64,000 nt of DNA from Octopus sinensis (taxonomy: Eukaryota), in assembly GCF_006345805.1 (NCBI RefSeq), contig NC_043017.1, positions 17,794,001 to 17,858,000 on the forward strand, given 5' to 3'. This document shows, piece by piece, positions 1 through 12,041 of the stretch. The translations under genes and the position numbers were made by a program. How positions within the stretch are numbered: the first letter of the stretch is position 1; the number at the start of each line of letters is the position of its first letter. Under the pieces are notes generated by a model. That model was not told the DNA's origin, ran no database searches, and saw only the letters and a list, made by a program, of their open reading frames with translations.

Positions 1-415
1 GTATATATATGTGTGTGTGTGTATGTAAATGTATATGTATGTAAATGTATATCTATGTGTATGTATATATATATATGTGTGTACGTATATGTATATATAG
101 ATGTATATGTATATATATGTATGTATACATATATATACATATATACATATATATATGTATATATATATGTGTGTACGTATATGTATATATAGATGTATAT
201 GTATATATATGTATGTATACATATATATACATATATACATATATATACATATATATGTATATATATGTATGTATGTATATGTATGTATATATATGTATGT
301 ATATGTATATATATATAGATGTATACATATATGTATATATATATATATATGTGTGTATATATATAGATGTATATATATGTATAAATATATATGTATGTAT
401 AGATAGATAGATAGA
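1..415. repeat. Compound (TA)/(TATG)/(TAGA) microsatellite
   Basis: Continuous TA/TG/CA dinucleotide-based repeat ending in (TAGA)n; it explains the Y/I/M/V/C-only ORFs at 45-410. Confidence 0.97.
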
Positions 416-914
416 TAAAATAGACCTTCCGCTTTTTCAATATCCAGGTTTGGTCTTATTTTCTTAAATACACTCCTATATGTTGCTCATCTTTAAATAT
501 ATCTACACACACTTGTTAAATAGACGGATGATTTGTTTTATTAGATACATTGAAACATGTACACATAATATATCTTATCTATCTATCTATCTGTCTATCT
601 GTCTAGCTTTATCTGTTCTCTCTCTCTCTCTATCTCTCAATCACACACATACACAACCATTTGTTATTAAATATACATACATGTTCTTGTCACACACATA
701 CGCGCATACTGTCTCACATTGAAATAGACGTATCATTAAATATACACGCTGTTTGTGTGTCGTTAATTAAATATACACCCAGCAGTTTGTACATACATTG
801 TTGCATCTGCAAACATTCGAACGAACGGAATGGGAATAATAATTTTTATTGAACGTATTTCATATCAACGAAGAAAGAGTACATGTGGGGGTGTATGTGT
901 GTAATCACATACAT

Positions 915-924
<10 letters not shown>

Positions 925-947
<23 letters not shown>

Positions 948-1672
948 TATATATATATACATACATACATACATTATATGTATACATACATTTTATATAT
1001 ATATATATATATATACATACATACATACATTATATGTATACATACATTTTATATATATATATATATATATACATACATTATATGTATACATACATTTTAT
1101 TATATATATATATATAGATTGGGCAGAATTGTGCATATATGTATACATACATTTTATATATATATATATATATACATTATAGATTGGGCAGAATTGTGCA
1201 TATATGTATACATACATTTTATATATATATATATATATATACATTATAGATTGGGCAGAATTGTGCATATATGTATACATACATTTTATATATATATATA
1301 TATATATATACATTATAGATTGGACAGAATTGTGCATATATGTATACATACATTTTATATATATATATATATATACATTATAGATTGGACAGATTGTGCA
1401 TATATGTATACATACATTTTATATATATATATATATACATTATAGATTGGACAGAATTGTGCATATATGTATACATACATTTTATATATATATATATATA
1501 TACATTAGATTGGACAGAATTGTGCATATATGTATACATACATTTTTATATAATATATATATATATATACATTATAGATTGGGCAGATTGTGCATATATG
1601 TATACATACATTTTATATATATATATATACATTATAGATTGGGCAGAATTGTGCATATATGTATACATACAT

Positions 1673-1703
<31 letters not shown>

Positions 1704-2030
1704 TATAGATTGAGCAGAATTGTGCATATATGTATACATACATTTTATATATATATACATTATAGATTGAGCAGAATTGTGCATATATGTATACATACAT
1801 TTTATATATATATATACATTATAGATTGAGCAGAATTGTGCATATATGTATACATACATTTTATATATATATACATTATAGATTGGGCAAAATTGTGCAT
1901 ATATGTATACATACATTTTATATATATATACATTATAGATTGGGCAGATTTGTGCATATATGTATACATACATTTTATATATATATATATATACATTATA
2001 GATTGGGCAGAATTGTGCATATATGTGTAT
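925..2030 (+). repeat. Minisatellite, about 56-69 bp unit, with internal variable (TA)n
   Basis: 15 copies of ACATTATAGATTG(GG/GA/AG)CAGAATTGTGCATATATGTATACATACATTTT(AT)n from about 1110, preceded by about 3 shorter units lacking the AGATTGGGCAGAATTGTGC core. Confidence 0.95.
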
Positions 2031-3465
2031 ATACACATGTATGTATGGGTGTGTATGTGTGACTAAATGCCGTAAATCGAATAACTAATCTATGGAAATT
2101 ACAGAGAAAAGTGATGTATGTGTAATAATATATACATACATATCAATATATATGATATATACACTGTTATAAACACTAGAAATATACATCTCTGTTTCTG
2201 ATGTATGTTCAATTTATAAGAAAGTATAAACGTGTATAAATTATGTAATATCTATACATAGTGTGCGGGTGTATTTACGAGTGCATGTACTTGTTTAACC
2301 CTTGGTAAGTCTCCTTTAAACATACCTGAATGACAACATACATTGCATTACATCCGAGGCAGCCCTGTCTTTTTTTTTCTGTACTACGAACGACATTCAG
2401 TGTTTTTCATTCTTCGGCACACGATCTGATTTTAGGGAGGTTTGGCTATTATTTCTAGCATGTCTAACGACCAATTAGAGGTGAGAGACACTGAAATAGC
2501 AGCGCAACTTCCATGTCAAGCTTCCAGTCTTTTAGTCGAGCAAATTCTCTTGAAGATGGTTAACTGTATATTACATTGTTTTATATGCTCTATATATATA
2601 TACACACTGGAATTACACGGGCACTGTTGCACACATGCTTTATACACAGTTATTAAACCCACGCATACACAGTTGCACATTCACGTACTTAAACTTACAC
2701 ACACTTGCGCTTATACAGCCACTCACAAACACATACATAGATGTACGTATACACTGATACACAGAAACACACATTGTCATTCATTCATACAGACATACAC
2801 ACCCTCTCATACATACATACATGAACAAATGTACCCATACATTGACGCACACACGAATACATTGACTTATACAACCTTTTATCTCGATATATATTTTTTC
2901 TACTGCTTTCTATCATAGCTTTTTACGTACATTTATTTTAATACTGTTTGCCCTGTGTATGTGTATAGAAACCAGAAATCATGTTTAAAGCCACAGTGTA
3001 CATTCACGGTCCTATCTAAATAATATCGTTTTACATTTTTAATGTTTACTTTTGTCATTTTGTTTGTGTGTGTATGTATAAAATACTGTTTACAGTAACA
3101 TTGTATGTTTACAGTGACACAAACACACACACAACTTATATGAATGTATATACACCCCCACCTTGATCAATATAATAGTTATACCAGTTTATTTATTTTT
3201 TTTTTATTCCGCGTTATCTCATAATGTATTCATATAACTTAAATACTGTTTTATTTTTTAGTTATTGTTTGTCAATCTTTCGTTTGTGAGTATGTGTGTG
3301 AAAGAGTGTGAGTGAAGGTGTGTCTGTGAGTGCGCGCACACATACACACCTTCACTCACACTCTTTCACACACATACTCACAAATCTAATGTGGTTGATT
3401 AGTCAACTGTTTGACCCTTGCTATTGAAAGTAATCAGAGACACGTGATTCCTCAGTTTATATATA

Positions 3466-3695
3466 TATTTCTTTATTGCCCACAAGGGGTTAAACATAGA
3501 GGGGACAAACAAGGACAGACAAACGGATTAAGTCGATTACATCGACCTCCAGTGCGTAACTGGTACTTTATTTATCGACCCCGAAAGGATGAAAGGCAAA
3601 GTCGACCTCGGCGGAATTTGAACTCAGAACGTAACGACAGACGAAATACGGGTTACGCATTTCGCCCGGCGTGCTAACGTTTCTGCCAGCTCGCC
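3466..3695 (-). mobile_element. tRNA-derived SINE, Nin-domain-like (family A)
   Basis: Reverse complement of GGCGAGCTGGCAGAAACGTTAGC...GAGTTCAAATTCC (A/B box-like), then GTCGACTTTGCCTTTCATCCTTTCGGGGTCGATAAATAAGTACCAG and a TAAAGAAATA tail; matches many copies in the window. The family name is from memory. Confidence 0.9.
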
Positions 3696-5428
3696 GATGT
3701 CTATATGTGTGTGTCGCAGAAATGGAATTTGCGGTGTTTATTTTATTCCCTTGACTAAAATTTTAAGTCTAATGCTTGCTGATGACAACCAAACCTAATC
3801 TGTGTGTATGTATGTGTATGATGTATTCATGTAAAAAATAAGACCTGTCAAAAGGTGGAAGAACTCATGAGTAAGTCAACGGCCATCCAACAATATATGT
3901 ATGTATATATACATGTATGCGCGGGGACGTGGAGATACCTTGTGTTGGTGTCCATGCGCGCGGTTGGGGGTCCTCTGTTGTCACATCTCTCTAGGAGAGG
4001 GAAACTCCGAGAGAAAAACCTGCGACACTGACAATATTCGATGATGTGGACTAGTTCTTTTAGAGTTTATGCTGTCCGTGTTCAGAGAGTGGGATTGAAT
4101 TTTGTGCAAATCTTTTCCTCACTATAAAAAAATCATTATGCACAGGCATCGCTCGGAAGAAAAAAAAGACCTATCACAAAATGGCTGGTCGTAGCCTTCG
4201 CATGTGTGGCAATGGCAATACTTAAACCCGAGTTTGCAACCACCATATATGTATGTGTGTGTATAATTCTTGTGTATAATCTGCTGCAATCACACTGTTC
4301 CATGAACTGCAAACACTATAGGTTGGAAGTGCATCGTTGCATCACCATCCTGGTGGTGGTGGTGGTCCTCTTAGTTGTGATGGTAGTGGTGATAAAAATT
4401 AGAGGGTACCCTCTTCATTGTTTCACATCCTCTTAAGCTGTTTCCGTCCTTTCACCCTTTTGTGTCAGATATGTGTTGTGCGCGTGCTTGTGTATGTGTG
4501 TATATAAACACACGCACACACACATATATATGTATGTATGCATGTATAATGAGTCAGTTTACCACTACAGATGTCTTAGAAACACGAATATTGTGTTCAT
4601 GGTACTCATGTTAGTAAGATATGCTGCTGCTGCTACTACTATTACTACTACTACCACAACCACCACTCTATGTTATGGTGATGGTGTTATGGTGTTGATC
4701 ATAGCAGTGGCAGTGATGATGATGGTGGTTATGACTAGTGGTAGTGACTAGTCATGATAGTGATGACTGGTGATAATGGTTTGTGATGGTGGTTAATATC
4801 CATGCCGACAAAATGACTTGATGCCTCCTGAGTTTCTCTCTCTCTCTCTCTCTAAACAAAAATAAAAAGCAACTGGTATCACTGACAAAGAACTCAATAC
4901 AGGTGTTGTGGTGTCTATTTGGACAAAATGCAGTGATTGGGATTTTGAAGGGATAGGTATTGAAAGCATATGCATGATAATATGATAGTGATGATGATGA
5001 TGATGATGAATTACTCAAACGATCAATATCTGTGGATTCAGTGATGTTTTTTTTTAAGATGTTCACCATTTCCCTCCCTCCCTCCTTCCATCACCACCAT
5101 TTCCCTCCCTCCATCACCACCATTTCCCTCTCTCCCTCCCTCCCTCCATCACCACCATGGTGGTTCCCAACGTGCTCCCTCCCTCTATAACCACTACCAC
5201 CTGCGACATCTAGAAATAATGATGATAATAATAATAATAATAATAATAATAGTAGTAGTAATTCTTTTATTGGCCACAAGGGCTAAATATAGACAAACAT
5301 AAAATGACATGCAACAACTTAAAAGACAGCACAAACGATATACAATTACACATTAAAAACAATAAAAATGAAAGAAAATAATAAAAAAAACTTCCAATTG
5401 GAGGAATAATGAAATTACAACTCAGTAT

Positions 5429-5831
5429 CTCTTTCTCTCTTTTACTTGTTTCAGTCATTTGACTGCGGCCATGCTGGAGCACCGCCTTTAATCGAGCAAC
5501 TCGACCTCGGGACTTATTCTTTTGTAAGCCCAGTACTTATTCTATCGGTCTCTTTTGCCGAACCGTTAAGTAACGGGGACATAAACACACCAGCATCGGT
5601 TGTCAAGCAATGCTAGGGGGACAAACACACACACAAACACACACGCATATATATATATATACATATACATATATACGACGGGCTTCTTTCAGTTTCCAAA
5701 TCCACTCACAAGGCTTTGGTCGGCCTGAGGCTATAGTAGAAGACACTTGCCCAAGGTGCCACGCAGTGAGACTGAACCCGGAACCATGTGGTTGGTAAAG
5801 AGGCTACTTACCACACAGCCACTCCTGCGCC
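5429..5831 (-). mobile_element. tRNA-derived CORE-like SINE (family B), full length
   Basis: Reverse complement of the copy at 55327-55729: head GGCGCAGGAGTGGCTGTGTGG, GGCACCTTGGGCAAGTGTCTT CORE-like motif, central (TA/TG)n, 3' tail TGAAACAAGTAAAAGAGA. Confidence 0.9.
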
Positions 5832-6052
5832 TAAAAACAATAAAAATGAAAGAAAATATTTTTTTAAAAACTCCCAATTGGAGGAATAATGAAATTACAA
5901 CTCAGTATGTGTATTTTCATCTGTCGTAGGGTCATAAATGTTTCTATCTACTGTAGGTTTGGGTGTACCTAGGTATGCTGTAAGTGTGTCTGTCAATCTG
6001 TGCACCCACCTGTGTCACTACCTTTTGTGTACATGTGTGCACTGTAGTATGC

Positions 6053-6465
6053 GGATCTTTTCGGTTTGAACGGCAGTTTTTTAAAATAATTTCCATGTAA
6101 CTAAACACTTTTAAACTTTGTATACTGGTAGAATATGTTTATAAAACATCTTTTTCTCTTGGCTTTATTGAGAAAATTCTATAGTTTGTAAGATATTTGT
6201 TGTTTTTTTTTTCTTCAATTTCTGCAATTTCAACCAATCACTGATGTCTATTGAGGTGAAAACATTCTGTGCCGTATGAATATGTCCCTCGTTTAAGAAA
6301 CAGATTGGGCTTATTTACATTTCTGAAGAAAAAAAAGATACCCTTCCCCCCACCCTAACCCTAAAACAGATTGCAATGCAATAGATTGATACTAGGGTCA
6401 TAATTATGGGTGACAATTTCATATGACACCGCTAGAAAAAACTGCCGTTCAAACCGAAAAGATCC
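6053..6465 (+). mobile_element. MITE with about 29-bp TIRs and 8-bp TSD (Merlin-like)
   Basis: TIRs GGATCTTTTCGGTTTGAACGGCAGTTTTT / AAAAACTGCCGTTCAAACCGAAAAGATCC; perfect TSD TAGTATGC at 6045-6052 and 6466-6473. The Merlin assignment (GG termini, 8-bp TSD) is inference. Confidence 0.88.
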
Positions 6466-6904
6466 TAGTATGCATCTCCAGGTGATGTCTAAATTCAACC
6501 TTGTGGTGTATGTACCTTTATTATTGTTCATGTGTCTGTTCCCATATTTTTTTTATTTATGCATGATGCATGCATGAAATGTTTTTTGTATTTCTGAAGT
6601 GTGTCCTTGAGTGTGTGTGTGTGTGTGCATGTGTTATGTTTGTGTTATGTGTGCATGTGAGTGCAACTTCCATGTTGCAACATGGAGGGGATGCAGTTTA
6701 GTACATCGGTGACTTGGTTCATTAAGTACTTTGGTACGTGTGCACACACACACACTGAGGCAGTAGTCACATTCATACACTAGCATAAAACCAAAACAAG
6801 CAAGAGTTTATACTTACACACACACATATCCTACTAAATTTACACTATGTCTACTTCCACCATATACCTACACTATTCAAGCGAACAATAGTCTTAATGT
6901 AGTC

Positions 6905-7882
6905 CAGAGGGGGTGGGGGAAGTTTCTAGTGCGGCCGGGCAAAAATTTCCAAAGAAAAAGGTCTGCAGGCAGGTCACAAGTTCTAGCTTGGGATCTTTTC
7001 GGTTTGAACGGTAGTTTTTTTCTAGCAGTGTCATATGAAATTGTCACTCATAATTATGACCCTAGTATCGATCTATTGCATTTCAATCTGTTTTAGGGTT
7101 AGGGGTGGGGGGAAGGGTATCTTTAGGGTTAGGAGTGGGAGGAAGGGTATCTTTTTTCTTCACAAATGTAAATAAACCCAATCTGTTTCTTAAACGAGGG
7201 ACATATTCATACGGCACAGAATGTTTTCACCTCAATAGACGTCATTGATTGGTTGAAATTGCAGAAATTGAAGAAAAAACACAACAAATATCTTACAAAC
7301 TATAGAATTTTCTCAATAAAGCCAAGAGAAAAATATGTTTTATAAACACATTCTACCAGTATACGAAGTTTAAAAGTGTTTAGTTACGTGGAAATTATTT
7401 TAAAAAACTGCCATTCAAACCGAAAAGATCCTTAACTTTTATATCTGTGTAAATCTTGTATATGTCTAGGTACAATTCGATATAAATAGAGTTTAACACA
7501 TTAAATTAACATCTTCATAAACGCTGCCACTGAATTTAGGACGTTTATATTACTTATGAGGTATTCCATATTCTTCAGCTAGAGTGTAGTTCGGTCTCAA
7601 GAGGGTAGTACAAACATAGCAATATGTGTTTTATAGTTATAACAAAATTTCCATTCAAATGGCAATTGCTGGATGATTTTAAATTATTTTTGTTTTTTTT
7701 TTAATAATATTTTGTTGTAGTGGAAACATGACCTATGTCGTGAATAGGCATACAAATATTGTATAAATTTTTTAATTGAAAATTGACTATATTTTGTACA
7801 TATGAGTATATCAGCCTGCAGGCGCAATAAAATGGGCTCACGAGCGCAATTGTTCCCGCGGGTGGGGTTTTCCCCACCCCTG
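6905..7882. mobile_element. Possible old hAT-type non-autonomous element hosting the second MITE
   Basis: Left end CAGAGGGGGTGGGGGAA; right end reverse complement CAGGGGTGGGGAAAA..CCCGCGGG, typical of hAT termini. TSD is not preserved. Confidence 0.35.
6991..7431 (-). mobile_element. Second copy of the Merlin-like MITE, inverted relative to 6053-6465
   Basis: Same TIRs; the internal sequence is the reverse complement of the first copy, plus an internal duplication of about 30 bp (TTTAGGGTTAGG..GGAAGGGTATC). TSD is degenerate (CTAGCTTG vs TTAACTTT). Confidence 0.88.
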
Positions 7883-8389
7883 ATGGCCAGCTGCCAGAAA
7901 CAGCAGTCAAACAACCTCAAATCACACATCACATCCTTCCCTCTTTGATAAAAGAGGACATATTGGTCTTGTGAAGAACAAGATGACTTCTCTGCTGCTG
8001 GTGTCCTGATAAACTGTAGCAGTAGGCTCTGTAAAGTGGTCAGTGGTAGGAAGGGCATTGATCTGTAGAAAAGAAATTTATGAACAAGATGCTAGCCCCT
8101 AAACCATCTAGGAGGATAGTAACTCCAAATAAGAACTGATTCACACTATGATGACCTCTCTAATCCATGTCAGTAGAGAAAAGTAGACATAAAGACGATT
8201 GAATAATGTAGTCTTGTAGGGTAGTGATGGTCATGGCTGGAATACATTTGATGATAGGACTGAGTACTGGGTCTGTATAGCAACAACCTGTGTACTTTAT
8301 CACACATACACACTTCTATAGACTTGTGCTAACACATACTAAAATGTATACCACTATACACCATTACACATATAAAACACTACACACCC

Positions 8390-8515
8390 AAGGGTGTCCA
8401 CAAAGTCTGGGTATATGGAGTAAATAAAATCATAACATAAAAAATATATATAAGAAATAATAATTTCTTAAAGTATGTGTTAATCCCCATGTACCCAAAC
8501 TTTGTGGACACCCTG
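8390..8515. mobile_element. Tc1/mariner-type MITE
   Basis: TIRs AGGGTGTCCACAAAGTCTGGGTA / TACCCAAACTTTGTGGACACCCTG, followed by TA. Confidence 0.75.
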
Positions 8516-9154
8516 TACACACACATGTAATCAACTTACACACAGAAGCCTTATAGACTTGCATTAACATATTAGTCAAATTTATAATCCCACACGAAAA
8601 CCTACACACATACAGACATCTAAGCATGCATATACACATCCAACCAAATATCTGTTATATAATCAGTTACAGTATGTGTATATACTTATATATGTTTGTG
8701 TGTGTATGTATTGCTTGTGTATATGTTAGTGTTCTCTACCCACATGTGTGATTTTTTTTTCTGTGTCTGTGTCTATATATTTGTGAATGTATGTGTGTGT
8801 GTGTTGTGCATCAGACAGCAGATGTACACCTCTCTAACAATATTCTTTAGCAAGAAGAGAAAAAAAAATGTTAAATTAGTTATTAGCACCAAATAGTCCT
8901 CTTTTCCAACATATAATAAACTCTTTTATGTATCATAAAAAAAAGATCTTTGAGTATCTGGGTGGATAGCCTAAGGTGGGTGTGTGTTCATCTGTGAGTG
9001 TCACTGTGCATGTGTGTATGTATGCTGTAACCCTCAACTTTGATCTTTATGTGACGGGTTATGTGACTTTTTATGTAAATAAATACGCATGCAGACACAC
9101 ACAGTTCCTGTTTCTATAAATGTACATATATTGTGCCAGTTTGTGTGCATGTAA

Positions 9155-9156
<2 letters not shown>

Positions 9157-9218
<62 letters not shown>
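9157..9218. repeat. (TA)n microsatellite
   Basis: Pure TA run of about 60 bp. Confidence 0.95.
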
Positions 9219-9221
<3 letters not shown>

Positions 9222-9744
9222 GTGCACACATTTACCTGTGGTTACATTTATATATTTATGTAGGTGTAGGCATGGTTTTGTGCTTTTAAGAAGTGTTTCT
9301 TCATGTCGTTTGGGGTTCAGTCCCATTGCATGGCATTTTGGGTGTCTTCAACAGTAGTTCTGAGACAATCAATTTCTTGTGAAAGAATTTGGTAGACAGA
9401 AACTAAAAGAAGCCTGTTGTATGCACACACACACACACACGTGTGTATTTATGTATCTGTGTCAGTGATTAGAATCTGAGTTATAACGTCTAGCATAAAA
9501 TCTTCCATTAGCTCTGCTGCTTTTGAATCCTCTGGTATATACTGTTAGAATAGCTGGTGTTGCCCAGGCTGTAGAGTAGCTGTAAATCACTCGCAATTAC
9601 TTTGAATGAGGGTATGGTTTGTGCTAGATTTCCCTTGGAAAGTTATCTTCCATGTAAGAAATGAAATTGTTTTCCCCTACATCTAGAACACACCGGTGTC
9701 TAAGTGAAAACACTGTTATTCCATTTGGAATTATTGGTTTCAAA

Positions 9745-9950
9745 TTTTATCACAAGGCCAGCAATTTTGTGAGAGATGGGTAAGTTGATTACCTCAACCC
9801 CAGTGCTCAACTGGTACTTATTTTATCAACCCTGAAGGGATGAAATGAAAAGTCAATCTTGGCGGAATTTGAACTCAGAATGTAAAGATGGATGAAATGC
9901 CACTAAGCATTTTGCCTGGTGTGTTAAAGATTCTTGCCAGCATGTCACCA
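9745..9950 (-). mobile_element. Degenerate family-A-related SINE
   Basis: CTGGTACTTATTTTATCAACCCTGAAGGGATGAAA..GGAATTTGAACTCAG, diverged relative to young copies. Confidence 0.7.
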
Positions 9951-11680
9951 TACCCATTTGAAATTATTATTGAAGAGAATATCTTTTATTTTTGGATTAC
10001 TGTAGAAAAATAAGTCGAAACTCAAGTGTTAGGAGTTGAACCACTCATGGAAATAAAATGATACTTATAAAATGTGGAATCCAGAGTGCATAGAGAAGAT
10101 CCCTATATCCAAACATTGGAACTGCAAATACATGCAGTGATAAAGAAATGATATTAAGAGTTGTGATAACCCTTAGTTTATATGGTACTGAATCATATTA
10201 GATCTGTGCTGTCCATAATCTCAACAATTTGGAGCATTTTCCTGTCAGCTCCTCAAGATATTCAATATTTTTGGTTTAACATTAGAGGTACTTTTAATCA
10301 TCACTTGAGCATCCACCATAATGTTGGGCCAAAGCAGGATTCTTCAAGATGTGGCTTTGCTTTTGTTTATGATTTCTCTTGGATTTAGTAAGTTGGAAGA
10401 TCACGTCTTGTTCCAAAATTTCAATTTCAGTATTGTTTCTATAGCTGCATGCTCCTCCTAACACCAAGCACTTTATAGAGTGGATTGGGTGTATTTTTTA
10501 TAGCAGAGGTTGCCTTGCCATCATCTTTCAAATTCTGCATTGTTAGGGCTCAAATTTGTTACCAATCACTAACATAGTGTACTAGGTGCCTTTTGTAGCA
10601 CCAACACTGTTGGGGTTGTCTTGTAGCTTGTACTGTGAAAGACCCCCCTGTGATGGAAGGAAAATATTTTTTGTGAGAGAAGTAGGTGGTTGGTTGGTTC
10701 TTTTTCAGAAACTCAAAATTCTGATCGGCTGCTGATTCTATAACCAAAAGATTCTCATTACTAAAAACTTTTCACAATCCTTCCAACCTTCTTTACCCTC
10801 ACTTCTCACCAAACTGCATCCTATTGGAAATTGAAACCCTGGCCACACAAACCTCATTCAAACATCCCTTGTTCTCAAATCTCAAAGGAGGTTGTGGAAA
10901 GAAATGGTGTGATTAGATCTCAGGATGCTGGGCCTCAGACAAAAAAATAATGAAATACTTTGGTGTATGGGAGACCTTTACAACCCAGGCTAAGATAGAA
11001 AATTAGACATTAAAATATTGATGATGATGATATATTTTATATTTTCATCAAGATCATTATCATCTACATCATTGTTTAATGTTTGTGTCTTTCATGCTGA
11101 CATGGTTTAGGAACATTTTCTGTGTCAGTTTTGTGGATGCTCTTCTGGACCCAAGCTCTTTTAGTCACTCTTTATGATATGCAAAGATGATATGTACCTA
11201 TTCTAAAACCAGGGACACACTTGGTAAGTTCAAAGTTATCCATACAAGCATGGAAAAGCAAACATGAAAACAATGATGATAATGATGATGTGTGTGTGTG
11301 TGGTGTGTGTGTGTGACAGGCTTCTTCCAGTTTCCATCTGCCAATTTAACTCACAAAGTATGAGTTGATCCATGGCTATAGTAGATATTTCCTTAGTGGT
11401 TTTTATATATTTGGTCTGAAATAATAATCTTCCTAAATACATGCGTCTCTGATGTTGAAAGACTCACAATCTTATTTTTGCAACTTAAACTATTTTAATT
11501 GCATGTAGTCAGCATTTTCTGCAATGTCAGTAAGTACAACCCTTTCTTGTTGGTTCACCATACATTTACAATCAGGAGGTATCAGTCATTGCAACTCATA
11601 TAATAAAAATATATAATATTTAATGTTATATAAAGTATAATATATATTATATAATATATATTAAATGATTTTATAAAGAA

Positions 11681-12041
11681 CTAGCACTATGACCCGGTAA
11701 CGTCGGGTCATAGTACTGGTGCATATACAGCTGCATGCGTGCGCACATACATGCGAGTACTGTCCAAATCTCCAACCAATCACATACAGCTAGCTGGCAT
11801 TCAATTGGCGTATCAAGTTTCGGGCATTTTGATTAGGTTTTGGATAGAAAATTCACAAAAAAGTCACCTGTATTGATTTTCTAATGGCTTTGCGGGGTGA
11901 CTGGAGAAGTGTAAAGATGTGCACGACCACCCTTGGATGGTTTTGAATGATCATAGAAAGTGCGAACCCTCTAACTGAAAAAATTGTGGATTTGTATAAA
12001 GGACACACACACAGACATTTTGCCATTTATATATAGAGAGA
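11681..12041 (-). mobile_element. Non-autonomous Helitron, complete ends
   Basis: Minus strand begins TC(TCTCTATATATAAA), ends CTAG and sits between A and T; 11-bp stem hairpin ACTATGACCCG-gtaacgt-CGGGTCATAGT (11686-11714) lies just inside the CTAG end; (GT)n near the 5' end. Confidence 0.8.

Noticed and set aside
1110-2030. Repeat-spacer look resembling a CRISPR array
   Set aside because: The spacers are just variable (TA)n, not unique sequence; there are no cas genes and the context is eukaryotic.
6340-6365. Telomere-like CCCTAACCCTAA / TTAGGGTTAGGG
   Set aside because: Only two units, internal to the MITE; not an interstitial telomere array.
10190-10300. LNNLEHF..CQLLKIFNIFWF, resembling an RTE RT segment
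   Set aside because: It requires frameshifts and is too decayed to call.
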